A DNA stretch of 64,000 nt from Candidatus Adlerbacteria bacterium RIFCSPHIGHO2_12_FULL_53_18 (lineage in GTDB: Bacteria; Patescibacteriota; Minisyncoccia; Phycocordibacterales; SBAW01): NCBI GenBank assembly GCA_001775475.1, contig MEWW01000010.1, positions 5,143 through 69,142 on the forward strand. Direction: 5' to 3'. The translations under genes were made by a program, and so were the position numbers. How positions within the stretch are numbered: position 1 is the stretch's first letter; every line of letters starts with the position of its first letter. Below the pieces are notes generated by a model. That model was not told where the DNA came from and searched no databases. It saw nothing but the letters and a program-made list of their open reading frames with translations. Below, in pieces: positions 26,956-35,606 of this stretch.

Positions 26956-28188
26956 TTAGTGTACCACATTTCGGTATCGGTCGGCAACTTTTTTGAGTGC
27001 GATCGCGATCGCACGCGCATCGCGCAGACGCGCGTCCGGAAGGAGCGTTATCCGGACCGCCTCTCTCGTTGCCTGCTCCCCTGCCCCTATAGCCTGCAGT
27101 ACAGGTGAAGGCTCTTCGTCAGCCGTACTGCATGCCGAGCGCGTGGAGACGGCAACTCCTTTGGCATCGAGTGCCACTGTGGCCATCTGTCCGTCGAGTC
27201 CGGGGACCGAAATGTTAAGGTTGTTGGCAACTCGAGCATCCGAAGGCCTCGCCTTGCCACCACGTGGCAAGGCGAGGCCTTGACATGCTGGGCCGTTGAG
27301 CACTGCGCCGGGCAGTAGTGTTTGTATCTCGCTCCAAAGATAATCCCGCACTTCCGCAACTTGCGCCGCACGTTCGTCCACACCCTCCTGAGCATTCGCG
27401 AGCGCTTCGGCAAGCGCACCGGCAAGTACCGCATTTTCTGTCCCGCTGCGCAGCCCTCGCTCCTGTCCGCCGCCAAAAAGCAGCGGCTCAAGCTCTGTGC
27501 CGCGACGCACATACAGCAAGCCACTGCCCTTTGGCCCCATCATTTTTTGCGCATCAAGCGTCATCAGGTCGATTCCTAACTTTTCTACATTGAGCGGCAG
27601 CCACAAAGGCGCCTGCGATGCATCGGTGTGGAAGTAAAGCGGGAGTTTCGCCACTCTAGTCTTACGGACATGTCTTATCTCCTTAGCTATGTCTCGTACT
27701 GGTTGAATCGTTCCTATTTCGCTATTTACCATCTGCACCGAAACAAATACGGTCTCATCGTTTACCGCTTCGCGCACATCTTTCGGATTGACCTTCCCCT
27801 CTTTGTCCACCGGCAGGTAGGTTATGTAGAGCCCATCGCGCTCAAGCGCTTTGAGCGGCTCCAGAACGGAAGGATGTTCTATCGGCGCTGTTACGGCATT
27901 AAGCTCGCCATGTTCGTGTAAGCCCTGGCGCAGCGCGCCAAAAATCGCGAGGTTGTTCGCCTCGGTGCCGCCTGAAGTAAAAATAATTTCGTCCGCATGC
28001 GCGCCAACTGCATGGGCGGCGCGCATGCGCGCGCTCTCCAGCTCCTTTTTTGCGGCAACGGCTTCCCTGTGGAGCCCGCCAGGGTTGGCAAAAAGCTTTT
28101 CAAGCCGGTGCATTTCTTTTTGTACGCTGCGCGAGAGCGGCGTTGCCGCCGCCGCGTCGGCGTAAATGCGTTTTTTCCAAAACTTCAT
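26956..28188 (-). CDS. cysteine desulfurase (class V aminotransferase, IscS/NifS-like)
   Basis: The start is set at ATG 28188 (MKFWKKRIYADAAAATP). PLP-fold motifs FTSGGTEANNLAI, HTDASQAPLWLPLNVEKLGIDLMTLDAQKMMGPKGSGLLYVRRG, RSGTENAVLAGALAEA. The 95-codon N-terminal extension in the ORF track was rejected. Confidence 0.8.
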   Translation of the reverse strand: MKFWKKRIYADAAAATPLSRSVQKEMHRLEKLFANPGGLHREAVAAKKELESARMRAAHAVGAHADEIIFTSGGTEANNLAIFGALRQGLHEHGELNAVTAPIEHPSVLEPLKALERDGLYITYLPVDKEGKVNPKDVREAVNDETVFVSVQMVNSEIGTIQPVRDIAKEIRHVRKTRVAKLPLYFHTDASQAPLWLPLNVEKLGIDLMTLDAQKMMGPKGSGLLYVRRGTELEPLLFGGGQERGLRSGTENAVLAGALAEALANAQEGVDERAAQVAEVRDYLWSEIQTLLPGAVLNGPACQGLALPRGGKARPSDARVANNLNISVPGLDGQMATVALDAKGVAVSTRSACSTADEEPSPVLQAIGAGEQATREAVRITLLPDARLRDARAIAIALKKVADRYRNVVH

Positions 28189-28239
28189 AAATAAGCAATT
28201 TAAGTATATACTGCACCGCAAGACCTTCACGTCCAACAT

Positions 28240-29814
28240 ATGACTGCAGATAAGGCCATAGGGGGCTTGCGCCCTCCCGTCGTTGCAATCGTGGGCCACA
28301 TCGACCACGGCAAATCTACCCTGCTCGACTATATCCGCAAAACGAACGTCGCGCTCGCTGAGGCTGGCGGTATTACCCAGCATCTCTCCGCCTACGAGGC
28401 CATGCACCTGCCTGCGCAGGCAGGCAAAAACGAGGAACCTCGTAAGATCACCTTTCTCGATACGCCGGGGCACGAAGCATTTACCGCAATGCGCTCACGA
28501 GGGCTCGAAGTTGCGGATGTGGCAATACTCGTTGTTTCGGCGGAAGACGGCGTAAAGCCGCAGACGCTTGAAGCACTTAAGCTTATCGAGGGCGTTAAAA
28601 TCCCCTACATCGTCGCACTCACTAAGATAGACAAGCCAAGCGCCAATATTGAAAAAGCAAAAGCGAGCCTGCTTGAAAACGGCGTGTACTTAGAAGGTAT
28701 GGGCGGCGAAGTACCGTATGTTGGCGTTTCCGGCAAGTCGGGGATTGGCGTGCCCGAACTTCTCGATTTGATTTTACTCGCGGCCGAGCTGGAGGGACTT
28801 CAGGCCGACCCTTCCCTCCCCGGGACTGGCGTCGTTATTGAGGCGCACATCGACAACAAGCGCGGCGCCACCGCAACGCTTATCGTAGAGAACGGCACGG
28901 TTGAGGCGGGAGAGTTTGTCGTGGCCGGAGAGGCCTTTGCACCGACACGGATTATGGAAGACTTTGCCAGCCGGCCGGTAAAGCACGGCTTGCCCGGCAC
29001 TCCGGTCCGGATTATCGGCTTTTCTGCGCTGCCGCAGGTGGGCGCGCAGTTTACCACCGTGGAAACTAAACGCGATGCGGAGGAAATGGTAGCCGAAGCC
29101 CTTCGACACGCTCAGGGTAAACGCGACGCAAGCAGTGCGCCGGTAAAAAAAGAGCTTAAAGCAGAGACAGAGGAACGTGTCGAAGAAGAGGCGGCTCCGG
29201 AAGTGACAATACTTCCTATAGTTATCAAAACCGACGTTGCGGGCGTCGGAGACGCTGTGATACATGAGCTAGCAAAACTCCCCAAACACGAGCGGCTTGA
29301 GATCAGGGTAGTCTCACAAGGCGTGGGACCCATAACCGAAGGCGACGTGCGTTTTGTCGGGAGCGGAAAGACGCCGGGCATTGTTATAGGCTTTAACGTA
29401 AAGGTTGAAAGAATAGCCCACGACTTGGCAGAGCGCCAAGGGGTTACCATTGAGGTCTTTGACGTAATCTACAAACTAGCCGAGTGGCTGCAGACGCAGC
29501 TGGAGAAGCGCCGGCCCAGAGAGCGCGTGGAGGAAAAAACGGGTAGCGCTAAAGTGTTAAAGCTTTTTGGCGAGGCTAAAGGCAAAGTCGTTTTGGGAGG
29601 AAAGGTTGAGGAAGGAGAGCTTACCGAAGGTTCGGAGGTTAAAGTGATGCGCCGCGACTTGGAGCTAGGAGTGGGAACCATCACTTCCCTGCAGTCACAT
29701 AAAAAGCAGGTTAAAAAGGTTGAAGCCGGGGCCGAGTTTGGCGCGCAGGTTAAAACAAGTGCGGACCCGGCGCCCGGCGACCGGCTCGAGATATTTACCG
29801 TCACGCTTAAGTAA
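28240..29814 (+). CDS. infB: translation initiation factor IF-2 (short form lacking the N-terminal domains)
   Basis: G-domain [25 protein letters not shown]. Then domain II/C1/C2 beta-barrels. 524 aa. Confidence 0.85.
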   Translation: MTADKAIGGLRPPVVAIVGHIDHGKSTLLDYIRKTNVALAEAGGITQHLSAYEAMHLPAQAGKNEEPRKITFLDTPGHEAFTAMRSRGLEVADVAILVVSAEDGVKPQTLEALKLIEGVKIPYIVALTKIDKPSANIEKAKASLLENGVYLEGMGGEVPYVGVSGKSGIGVPELLDLILLAAELEGLQADPSLPGTGVVIEAHIDNKRGATATLIVENGTVEAGEFVVAGEAFAPTRIMEDFASRPVKHGLPGTPVRIIGFSALPQVGAQFTTVETKRDAEEMVAEALRHAQGKRDASSAPVKKELKAETEERVEEEAAPEVTILPIVIKTDVAGVGDAVIHELAKLPKHERLEIRVVSQGVGPITEGDVRFVGSGKTPGIVIGFNVKVERIAHDLAERQGVTIEVFDVIYKLAEWLQTQLEKRRPRERVEEKTGSAKVLKLFGEAKGKVVLGGKVEEGELTEGSEVKVMRRDLELGVGTITSLQSHKKQVKKVEAGAEFGAQVKTSADPAPGDRLEIFTVTLK

Positions 29815-29815
29815 C

Positions 29816-30133
29816 ATGCAGGAAAACAGGAATGAGCGAAAGCGGGAAGCCCTGCGCGAAGTTGCAGCAGAGTTTCTCTCGCGCGAGGCGGGCCGGCAGT
29901 CGCTTATAACCGTAACGCGTACGCAACTTAGCGAGGACGGCAAGCGCGGCACAATATACATCACCGTGCTCCCAGAGACGGCCGAAGAGAACGCTTTAGA
30001 CTTCTGCCTTCGCAACCGCACCGAGCTTAGCAACTTTTTTAAGAAACGAGTTAAAGGCGCGCTCCCGCCGCATGTGGAGTTTGCTATCGACAAGGGAGAA
30101 AAGAACCGCCAGCGGTTAGACGAATTGTCCTAA
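29816..30133 (+). CDS. rbfA: ribosome-binding factor A
   Basis: ATG 29816 sits immediately after the infB stop. KH-like RbfA pattern (AEFLSRE...ITVTRTQLSEDGKRGTIYITVL). The conserved infB-rbfA order is present. Confidence 0.7.
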   Translation: MQENRNERKREALREVAAEFLSREAGRQSLITVTRTQLSEDGKRGTIYITVLPETAEENALDFCLRNRTELSNFFKKRVKGALPPHVEFAIDKGEKNRQRLDELS

Positions 30134-30140
30134 TATAATT

Positions 30141-30215
30141 TGGAGGCCACGGCGGGAATCGCACCCGCGTATAAGGGATTTGCAGTCCCTTGCCTTACTA
30201 CTTGGCGACGTGGCC
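30141..30215 (-). tRNA. tRNA-Cys (anticodon GCA), CCA encoded
   Basis: GGCCACG-TC-GCC AAGTAGTA AGGC-A-AGGGA CTGCAAA TCCCT-TATAC-GCGGG TGCGATT CCCGC-CGTGGCC-T-CCA. The T-loop TGCGATT is atypical. Confidence 0.6.
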
Positions 30216-30255
30216 GTGTTTTTAAATCTAGCATTTGGTGGTAAAAATAGGAAAC

Positions 30256-30337
30256 GCCCGGGTGGCGGAATCGGTATACGCGCTCGACTTAAGATCGAGT
30301 TCCGTAAGGAATGTGAGTTCGAGTCTCACCCCGGGCA
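30256..30337 (+). tRNA. tRNA-Leu (anticodon TAA)
   Basis: GCCCGGG...CGACTTAAGATCG, long variable arm, GAGTTCGAGTCTCAC, CCCGGGC-A; 82 nt. Confidence 0.8.
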
Positions 30338-30376
30338 CTATCAAAAAAAGAAAATTTGTTGTATTTTATTTGTATT

Positions 30377-30449
30377 CCGCCCATAGCTCAGTTGGTAGAG
30401 CAGCTCCCTCTTAAGGAGACGGTCCGAGGTTCGAATCCTCGTGGGCGGA
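30377..30449 (+). tRNA. tRNA-Lys (anticodon CTT)
   Basis: CCGCCCA-TA-GCTC AGTTGGTA GAGC-A-GCTCC CTCTTAA GGAGA-CGGTC-CGAGG TTCGAAT CCTCG-TGGGCGG-A. It has C1:G72 and a G27.A43 mismatch. Confidence 0.7.
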
Positions 30450-30459
30450 CCCGCAAAAT

Positions 30460-30541
30460 GCTGGGGTGGCGGAATTGGTATACGCGCCAGTCTTAGGAAC
30501 TGGTGCCGCAAGGCTTGGAGGTTCGAGTCCTCTCCCCAGCA
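30460..30541 (+). tRNA. tRNA-Leu (anticodon TAG)
   Basis: GCTGGGG...CCAGT CTTAGGA ACTGG, variable arm TGCCGCAAGGCT, TGGAGGTTCGAGTCCTCT, CCCCAGC-A; 82 nt. Confidence 0.8.
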
Positions 30542-30672
30542 CAAAAGTCCTCATTTCACCCTTGTTTTGCAAGGTTTTTTTGCTTGACAAAACCGTATAA
30601 AATGATATAATAACAAACGGACTAGCGGCCTCTGTAGCCGCGTGAAAAATCTGAACCTTGAGAGGTAAGCAA

Positions 30673-31683
30673 ATGTCAGACACTACAATCGTCCCTCCTG
30701 CGACGGAGCCCCCTGCGTGGGTGCAGATGGAACAACAAGTCGAAGAAGCTACCAGGAGCAAGTTGAGTCTTCTTGCAGGAATACTTATCTCGTATTTGCT
30801 GGTGGCTCCGTTTGTCGACTTCCTGCTAGTCAACTGGTGGTTCTTCAGACTTCTCGGTCTGGACGACGCCTTCACAGCCCACATCGTCTTCAACTTGACG
30901 GTGGGGGGTCTCTATCTCGTGTGGGGGCTCGAAGACATCCCAGTCGGCTCTCGCGGAGCCCTTCTTCTGCTTGGGCAGCGTTTACTACGTAGCGGGAGTG
31001 GCTTGAGTGAAGGGTATCAGTGGATACCCAAGCCATTCATGTCGATTCGACCTGTGGACTGCAAACCTAAGTCAGTCGACATCAGCGATGAGGAAGGAGC
31101 CTATGCCAAAGACGGTCCGCTGATGGCTACCAACGGCTTCCAGCGGTACCGTGTGTTTGACCCCTATCGATTCCTCGGGGTTGACGACGTTATTCCCTCA
31201 CTGGAACGTCTGGCTCGCCAATCAGTTCGTATCGAGATGAAGGGAAAGAAAGCCCTGGAAGCTCGCAATGCTGACAAAAAAGACTTCTCGGATCAAGTCG
31301 CAACAACACTCCATGCTCAACTTGATGCCAACGGCAATCCTAACGGGGTCCGCTGGGGCATCAGAACAGGCGTCACAGTCATCGACGACATCTGGGCAGT
31401 CGACCCGAAACTCGAAGCCGCCTGGACGGCAAAAGTTCGAGAAGAAGCGGAAGGAAAAGCGGAGAAGGTCCAGACTAAACGTCGTCTCGAGCAGGTCGAC
31501 ATGTACATCGACAAGAAAGTAGATCCTGACTTGGCGGTGGTGGCGGCTCAAACTGATGTCGAGAAGCCGGGTGCCCGGGTCAACACAGTCAGCATTCCGG
31601 GCCTCTCCAAGGCCTTTGAAGCCATAGCCAAGGCCCTTGAGAACGGTCTCAAGAACTTGGGTACAGGGAGGGGTGAGCGATGA
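30673..31683 (+). CDS. SPFH/band-7 (stomatin/HflK-like) membrane protein
   Basis: RBS GAGGTAA then ATG 30673. Two N-terminal TM helices. SPFH core YRVFDPYRFLGVDDVIPSLERLARQSVRIEMKGKKALEAR ... RWGIRTGVTVIDDIWAVDP. C-terminal coiled coil (REEAEGKAEKVQTKRRLEQ). Confidence 0.6.
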   Translation: MSDTTIVPPATEPPAWVQMEQQVEEATRSKLSLLAGILISYLLVAPFVDFLLVNWWFFRLLGLDDAFTAHIVFNLTVGGLYLVWGLEDIPVGSRGALLLLGQRLLRSGSGLSEGYQWIPKPFMSIRPVDCKPKSVDISDEEGAYAKDGPLMATNGFQRYRVFDPYRFLGVDDVIPSLERLARQSVRIEMKGKKALEARNADKKDFSDQVATTLHAQLDANGNPNGVRWGIRTGVTVIDDIWAVDPKLEAAWTAKVREEAEGKAEKVQTKRRLEQVDMYIDKKVDPDLAVVAAQTDVEKPGARVNTVSIPGLSKAFEAIAKALENGLKNLGTGRGER

Positions 31684-32153
31684 ACAAATGGCGCATTGGC
31701 GGTTGGATAGCTGGCATCGGAATAATGATGCTTGTTGTCGTCAGCATCATTCACTGGGTTGGTGGCCCTCCAGCTACGCAATTGGCCGGCACTCCACCCG
31801 CCGGCCAGTACACCTCGTCGCCCCCTGTGGCAAAGGCGAACATGGTGGATCTCGACTTAGAGTGCTACCGGCCATGGCACGATCAGCCTATCAGTGGGGA
31901 CCCCAAGAAACCCACTCGCATTAACCCCAGAGGCAACTGCGACTGGACGGTCAAGACGCCTGGCAAGTGTGTAATGGCCAAGCGTACTGACCGGGTCGGA
32001 GACAATGCGTGGTATGGCCCTATCTGCGACTACGAGATTGTCGGTGTGGAGCGAGTTGAAGCTCCGCTTGATGTGGAGTGGATCTACGCAGCAGACGAAA
32101 AAGGAAAGCCCGTTGAAGGCTTTACTGCTCTGGCACGGCTTCGGTCGAACTGA
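31680..32153 (+). CDS. membrane-anchored Cys-rich extracytoplasmic protein, translationally coupled to the SPFH gene (ATGA overlap)
   Basis: N-terminal TM (IAGIGIMMLVVVSIIHW), then a 6-Cys domain (ECYRPW...GNCDW...GKCVM...GPICDY). No family recognised; it does not look like a canonical NfeD. Confidence 0.4.
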   Translation: MNKWRIGGWIAGIGIMMLVVVSIIHWVGGPPATQLAGTPPAGQYTSSPPVAKANMVDLDLECYRPWHDQPISGDPKKPTRINPRGNCDWTVKTPGKCVMAKRTDRVGDNAWYGPICDYEIVGVERVEAPLDVEWIYAADEKGKPVEGFTALARLRSN

Positions 32154-32214
32154 TCTTTACGAAATAATGGGCGCGACGGGTTTCTCAACCCGCCGCGCTC
32201 TTCTTCTTTTATAT

Positions 32215-32490
32215 TTATCGTATGCCCTTTAACTCTACGTTCGCTCCCACGGCGTTGATTATGATAAGCACTATTGCAGAGGCTATAACCATGACGAACA
32301 TCCCAACCATACCCCAGAGCATGTGTTTTTTACCACGCTCCCTGGCATCGGTTTCGGCATTAAGGCCGTAGAGAAACTCCACCAGCCCAAAGACAAATAT
32401 CAAAAGCCCGACGGCAAAAACCAGAAGCATTATCGGGTCTATGACGTAGTCGACAACGAGCCTGCGGAGATCTACGAGATCATCCCTCAT
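32215..32490 (-). CDS. VirB2/TrbC-like pilin-family small membrane protein (paralog 1, 91 aa)
   Basis: Short N-terminal segment, TM1 IMLLVFAVGLLIFVFGLVEFLYGL, charged loop NAETDARERGKKHM, TM2 LWGMVGMFVMVIASAIVLIIINAV. Confidence 0.5.
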   Translation of the reverse strand: MRDDLVDLRRLVVDYVIDPIMLLVFAVGLLIFVFGLVEFLYGLNAETDARERGKKHMLWGMVGMFVMVIASAIVLIIINAVGANVELKGIR

Positions 32491-32498
32491 GAGAGCTG

Positions 32499-32861
32499 TT
32501 ATCTGGGTGTATTAGGTGCCTGTAGATTTTGTTCAGCGTCCCGGTTGGATTGGATATTAAGCACGCCTTGTGCAAGGCGGATAATGCCCCACACCGACAC
32601 CATCACGAAGAGGCCTACCAAGCCGGCAATCATAATCTTCTTACCCGTCTCTGCCTCCGGCTTGCGTATGTACTGAACCAAACCCCAAAAAAATACTATG
32701 AGACCGAATGCTATGAGGATAGGAATGACATTATCGAGAAGATCTCGCGTACCCCCCACAAGAGACTGAAAGTAGCCAAAATTGATTGCCCCTGTCCCGC
32801 CTTGTGCAGATGCTAGTAAAGGGAACAGGCCGAGTGAACCAGCGATTATGGTCTTTTTCAT
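32499..32861 (-). CDS. VirB2/TrbC-like pilin-family small membrane protein (paralog 2; start at the internal ATG; the ORF track extends to 32909)
   Basis: Signal peptide MKKTIIAGSLGLFPLLASAQG, TM1 VIPILIAFGLIVFFWGLVQYI, loop RKPEAETGKKIM, TM2 IAGLVGLFVMVSVWGIIRLA. Confidence 0.5.
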   Translation of the reverse strand: MKKTIIAGSLGLFPLLASAQGGTGAINFGYFQSLVGGTRDLLDNVIPILIAFGLIVFFWGLVQYIRKPEAETGKKIMIAGLVGLFVMVSVWGIIRLAQGVLNIQSNRDAEQNLQAPNTPR

Positions 32862-32932
32862 AAAAAATTTATTATATATCCACTTTAACAGCTGGGGAGT
32901 CGAACTCAAGACTGCAGTGTGGATAGTCGCAT

Positions 32933-33229
32933 CTACACTTCGAGTATCTCCACGGTGTTGCCGCGCTCCTCTTCGTAGCGCTCGTTGGTGTAAGGTACTA
33001 GCTGCTTAAATATGTTGATGATCCCCCAGATAGAAAAAAGGATAAAAAGTGCCAAAAGGCCCCAACCCATAGCCCTGCGCTCCTCGCTTTTGCCGTGTGC
33101 GTCGCCCGCCTTGGCTATGTAGCGCACTACGATTATAAGAAAAAGGACCAGCACCACCCCTCCCAAAGTCGAGACGGTGAGGTCAATAAAATCGACTATC
33201 GGGTATACAATATCGTCCCTCAAATTCAT
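32933..33229 (-). CDS. VirB2/TrbC-like pilin-family small membrane protein (paralog 3, 98 aa)
   Basis: TM1 LGGVVLVLFLIIVVRYIA, loop KAGDAHGKSEERRAM, TM2 GWGLLALFILFSIWGIINIF. Acidic C-terminal tail. Confidence 0.5.
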   Translation of the reverse strand: MNLRDDIVYPIVDFIDLTVSTLGGVVLVLFLIIVVRYIAKAGDAHGKSEERRAMGWGLLALFILFSIWGIINIFKQLVPYTNERYEEERGNTVEILEV

Positions 33230-33654
33230 ATGTCGATGTTAAGCCGCGCCAGCGTCCCCACGATTACCTCAGTGATAAGCCATGCGCCAAAAAAGACGGC
33301 AATACCCACCACGGTGTAAAGCAAATTGGTCTTAGCTTTGTCAAGTTCGGTAGGATTGCCGCGCGCCCAGACAAAACGAAAGCCTGCGATAACGATAAAA
33401 AGTACCGCTACAGGGAGACCTATGATAAATGTACCATCGAGTATGGCTTTAATAAGTTCAGGAAATGAATCAATATCTCCGAGAGGGTTGGAGAGTTTTA
33501 CAAAATTGCTATTACTACTGCCGCCACCTATTCCCCCGTCACTCCCACCCCCTAACCCTCCATCCGACCCTCCACCGATGGCCGCTATAGATACGAAAGG
33601 AAAGCAGACAAAAGTAACGAAGAGAAAAACAAAAAAAATATATTTTCCTTTCAT
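33226..33654 (-). CDS. VirB2/TrbC-like pilin-family small membrane protein (paralog 4) with a GGGSDGG tandem-repeat linker
   Basis: Signal peptide/TM MKGKYIFFVFLFVTFVCFPFVSIAAIGGG, (GGGSDGG)x3 repeat, then TM1 FIIGLPVAVLFIVIAGFRFVW, loop ARGNPTELDKAKTN, TM2 LLYTVVGIAVFFGAWLITEVIV. Overlaps the upstream gene by 4 nt. Confidence 0.5.
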   Translation of the reverse strand: MKGKYIFFVFLFVTFVCFPFVSIAAIGGGSDGGLGGGSDGGIGGGSSNSNFVKLSNPLGDIDSFPELIKAILDGTFIIGLPVAVLFIVIAGFRFVWARGNPTELDKAKTNLLYTVVGIAVFFGAWLITEVIVGTLARLNIDI

Positions 33655-33657
33655 ACT

Positions 33658-34947
33658 TTATCTCCCTACAAGTTGCCGCAGCCCCTGGGCGGCGGTGTTG
33701 ACAGCGTTTGCGGGCTCGGCACCGCCGCTTATCACCGATTCTATCATGGCCTGAAAGATGTCATCGGTGGCCTCTGGCTCTGGGTCGAGCCAGCCGCGTG
33801 CGATAAGCGCTGCCCCGGCAAACACGCCTGCCGCGGCATTTGCCGAGGTATCAAACACAACATCGCGGCGCACGGGCGGCAGCCCTGTTGCCTGTGCCAC
33901 CAGTGCGATAGTCTCTGCACTCACAAGCTTTTCCGCAATGATTGCCGCGCCTTCGATATTGCGGGCGGAGCGCGGGATAGCGAGCCCTGTCATCCGACCG
34001 AAGGTGGCACTTGAGAGTGCGCCTTCAACCTGCGGCACCTGCGCTACGGAAAAGCGCAGGTTGGGGTTGCGTGCCGCGATAGCGTTAAACTCGCTTACAA
34101 AACCGAAGTACAAGGCCACGTCGCCGGCAACAAAAGCGTTGGTGGAAAGAGGGAGGCCCCTGTTCCACGAGTAGGTGGTTTTAGTGGGGTTGGCAAAGTC
34201 GGTATAAAACCGCAGCGCCGAAGGCGCATCAGCCGAGCCGCCGCCTGTTGCAGAGCCTAAAACCGGCAAGAGTGCGCCGTCCTCTCCGCGCACGACTACC
34301 CGGTCGCCCGCCTGCATAAAGAGAGTTGAGAGTATTTCCTTAGCGTGCGCGACGTTGCTCCACGTGCCAAGTGCCACGGCGCTCTTGGTTATGTTGGAGC
34401 GGTCGAGCGCGGTCACCTTGGGCGCCACAGCGAGGAGCTCGTTCCAGTAGCGCGGCGGCTCGCCCAACCCAGCAGTCGCAAGCAAGTCGCGGTTCCAGTA
34501 CATAACCAGGGGGTCGATAGTAAATGGCAGAGCAAGCTCACCCTGCGTGGTTAAAAACAGCTCGCTCTCGTCGACAAATGAGTTAAGGAAGACGTTTTGC
34601 GACACGAGCCGATACGGGATCGTAATGATTTTGTCGGAAAATGAGTGGAGCTTGTCGCTATCTATCAAAAAAAGGTCGGGCCCCGTGCCTGCGGCCATGG
34701 CGTTGAGAAGCTCGGTGTCGTAGGTGGCCGGGTTTTTCTCTGTATAGGAAACATCCTGAAATGTTTCGTCGGCGTTTCGGAGCGAGGTCAACACATTGTT
34801 CATCATCGTCCCGTCGAGCGTACCCCAGATAACCACCTGTCCGGTGCCGCCACCGCCAAGCACACCACCAAAGGAAGCAAACACGCCAACGCCTATGAGT
34901 ATAAGTGCGGCGCAGACGCCAAGAACGATGATCTGAAAGGTCGACAT
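33658..34947 (-). CDS. membrane-anchored extracellular solute-binding protein (ABC-type SBP family 1-like), orphan
   Basis: N-terminal TM, Gly-rich linker, then an SBP fold pattern (VVIWGTLDG..., AAGTGPDLFLIDSDKL, LPFTIDPLVMYWNRDLL). There are no permease or ATPase genes nearby. Confidence 0.5.
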   Translation of the reverse strand: MSTFQIIVLGVCAALILIGVGVFASFGGVLGGGGTGQVVIWGTLDGTMMNNVLTSLRNADETFQDVSYTEKNPATYDTELLNAMAAGTGPDLFLIDSDKLHSFSDKIITIPYRLVSQNVFLNSFVDESELFLTTQGELALPFTIDPLVMYWNRDLLATAGLGEPPRYWNELLAVAPKVTALDRSNITKSAVALGTWSNVAHAKEILSTLFMQAGDRVVVRGEDGALLPVLGSATGGGSADAPSALRFYTDFANPTKTTYSWNRGLPLSTNAFVAGDVALYFGFVSEFNAIAARNPNLRFSVAQVPQVEGALSSATFGRMTGLAIPRSARNIEGAAIIAEKLVSAETIALVAQATGLPPVRRDVVFDTSANAAAGVFAGAALIARGWLDPEPEATDDIFQAMIESVISGGAEPANAVNTAAQGLRQLVGR

Positions 34948-34972
34948 CTCGTTTGTTTAATAATGCGCTTGA

Positions 34973-35569
34973 TTAAGACTTTTTCCTAACGACAAATCCC
35001 CAATGGTAGAGGCCTGCCGGCACCTCTTCGACATAGGCAAAGCCTTGAGTTTCAAAAAGTGCGCGTGCGGCGGCCGCAGTTATTACGTGGTCTGTATGCG
35101 GCCCTAAGCCCCCAAAGGAGCCCGCCCAGTCCACCACAAGCGCGCGGCCGCCGCGCTTTAAGACCCGTTTTATCTCCGCGACACACTCACCCCGGTGCTC
35201 AAGCCCAAAAAGCAGGTTTGCTGCAACACAGAAGTCAAAATGGTTCTCCGGCAGGTTGCTGCCCCCCACCGCCTCGACATCGCCGTGGATAACCTCAACG
35301 TTGTGCAGGCCCTCTGCGAGGGCTAGCGTTTTAATCCGCGGCAGAAGCTCCCGATGGATATCAACCGCCCACACCACTCCTCCGTCACCAACCTCGCGCG
35401 CTAAGGCGCGCGTAAAAAAGCCCGACCCAGCGCCAAAGTCGGCCACAACCATACCCTCGTGCACCTTGGCACTAAGCAGTGTCTTATGCGGGTTGAGGAA
35501 AGAGCTCTCGCTCATCGTTTGTATTATAACGCCCTTTTTGTTACCGTGACTGCGGACGAACACGGCCAT
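34973..35569 (-). CDS. class I SAM-dependent methyltransferase
   Basis: Motif I VADFGAGSGFFTRALA, motif II VWAVDI, post-I acidic residue. 198 aa. Confidence 0.65.
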   Translation of the reverse strand: MAVFVRSHGNKKGVIIQTMSESSFLNPHKTLLSAKVHEGMVVADFGAGSGFFTRALAREVGDGGVVWAVDIHRELLPRIKTLALAEGLHNVEVIHGDVEAVGGSNLPENHFDFCVAANLLFGLEHRGECVAEIKRVLKRGGRALVVDWAGSFGGLGPHTDHVITAAAARALFETQGFAYVEEVPAGLYHWGFVVRKKS

Positions 35570-35606
35570 ACATAATGTGTGGCTATCTGAACCGGAGGAA
35601 AGTTAC

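Noticed and set aside
26956-28473. 505-aa version of the cysteine desulfurase ORF
   Set aside because: The first 95 codons are non-homologous Arg-rich sequence. The conserved N-terminus starts at Met 28188.
30341-30893. Minus-strand ORFs 30341..30544 and 30411..30893 overlapping tRNA-Lys and tRNA-Leu
   Set aside because: They overlap two tRNAs and the SPFH start, and have no RBS.
33520-33600. GGGSDGG/GGGIGGG tandem DNA repeats, considered as a possible CRISPR or VNTR array
   Set aside because: The repeats are in frame inside pilin paralog 4 and encode a Gly-rich linker. There are no spacer-repeat periodicity and no cas genes.
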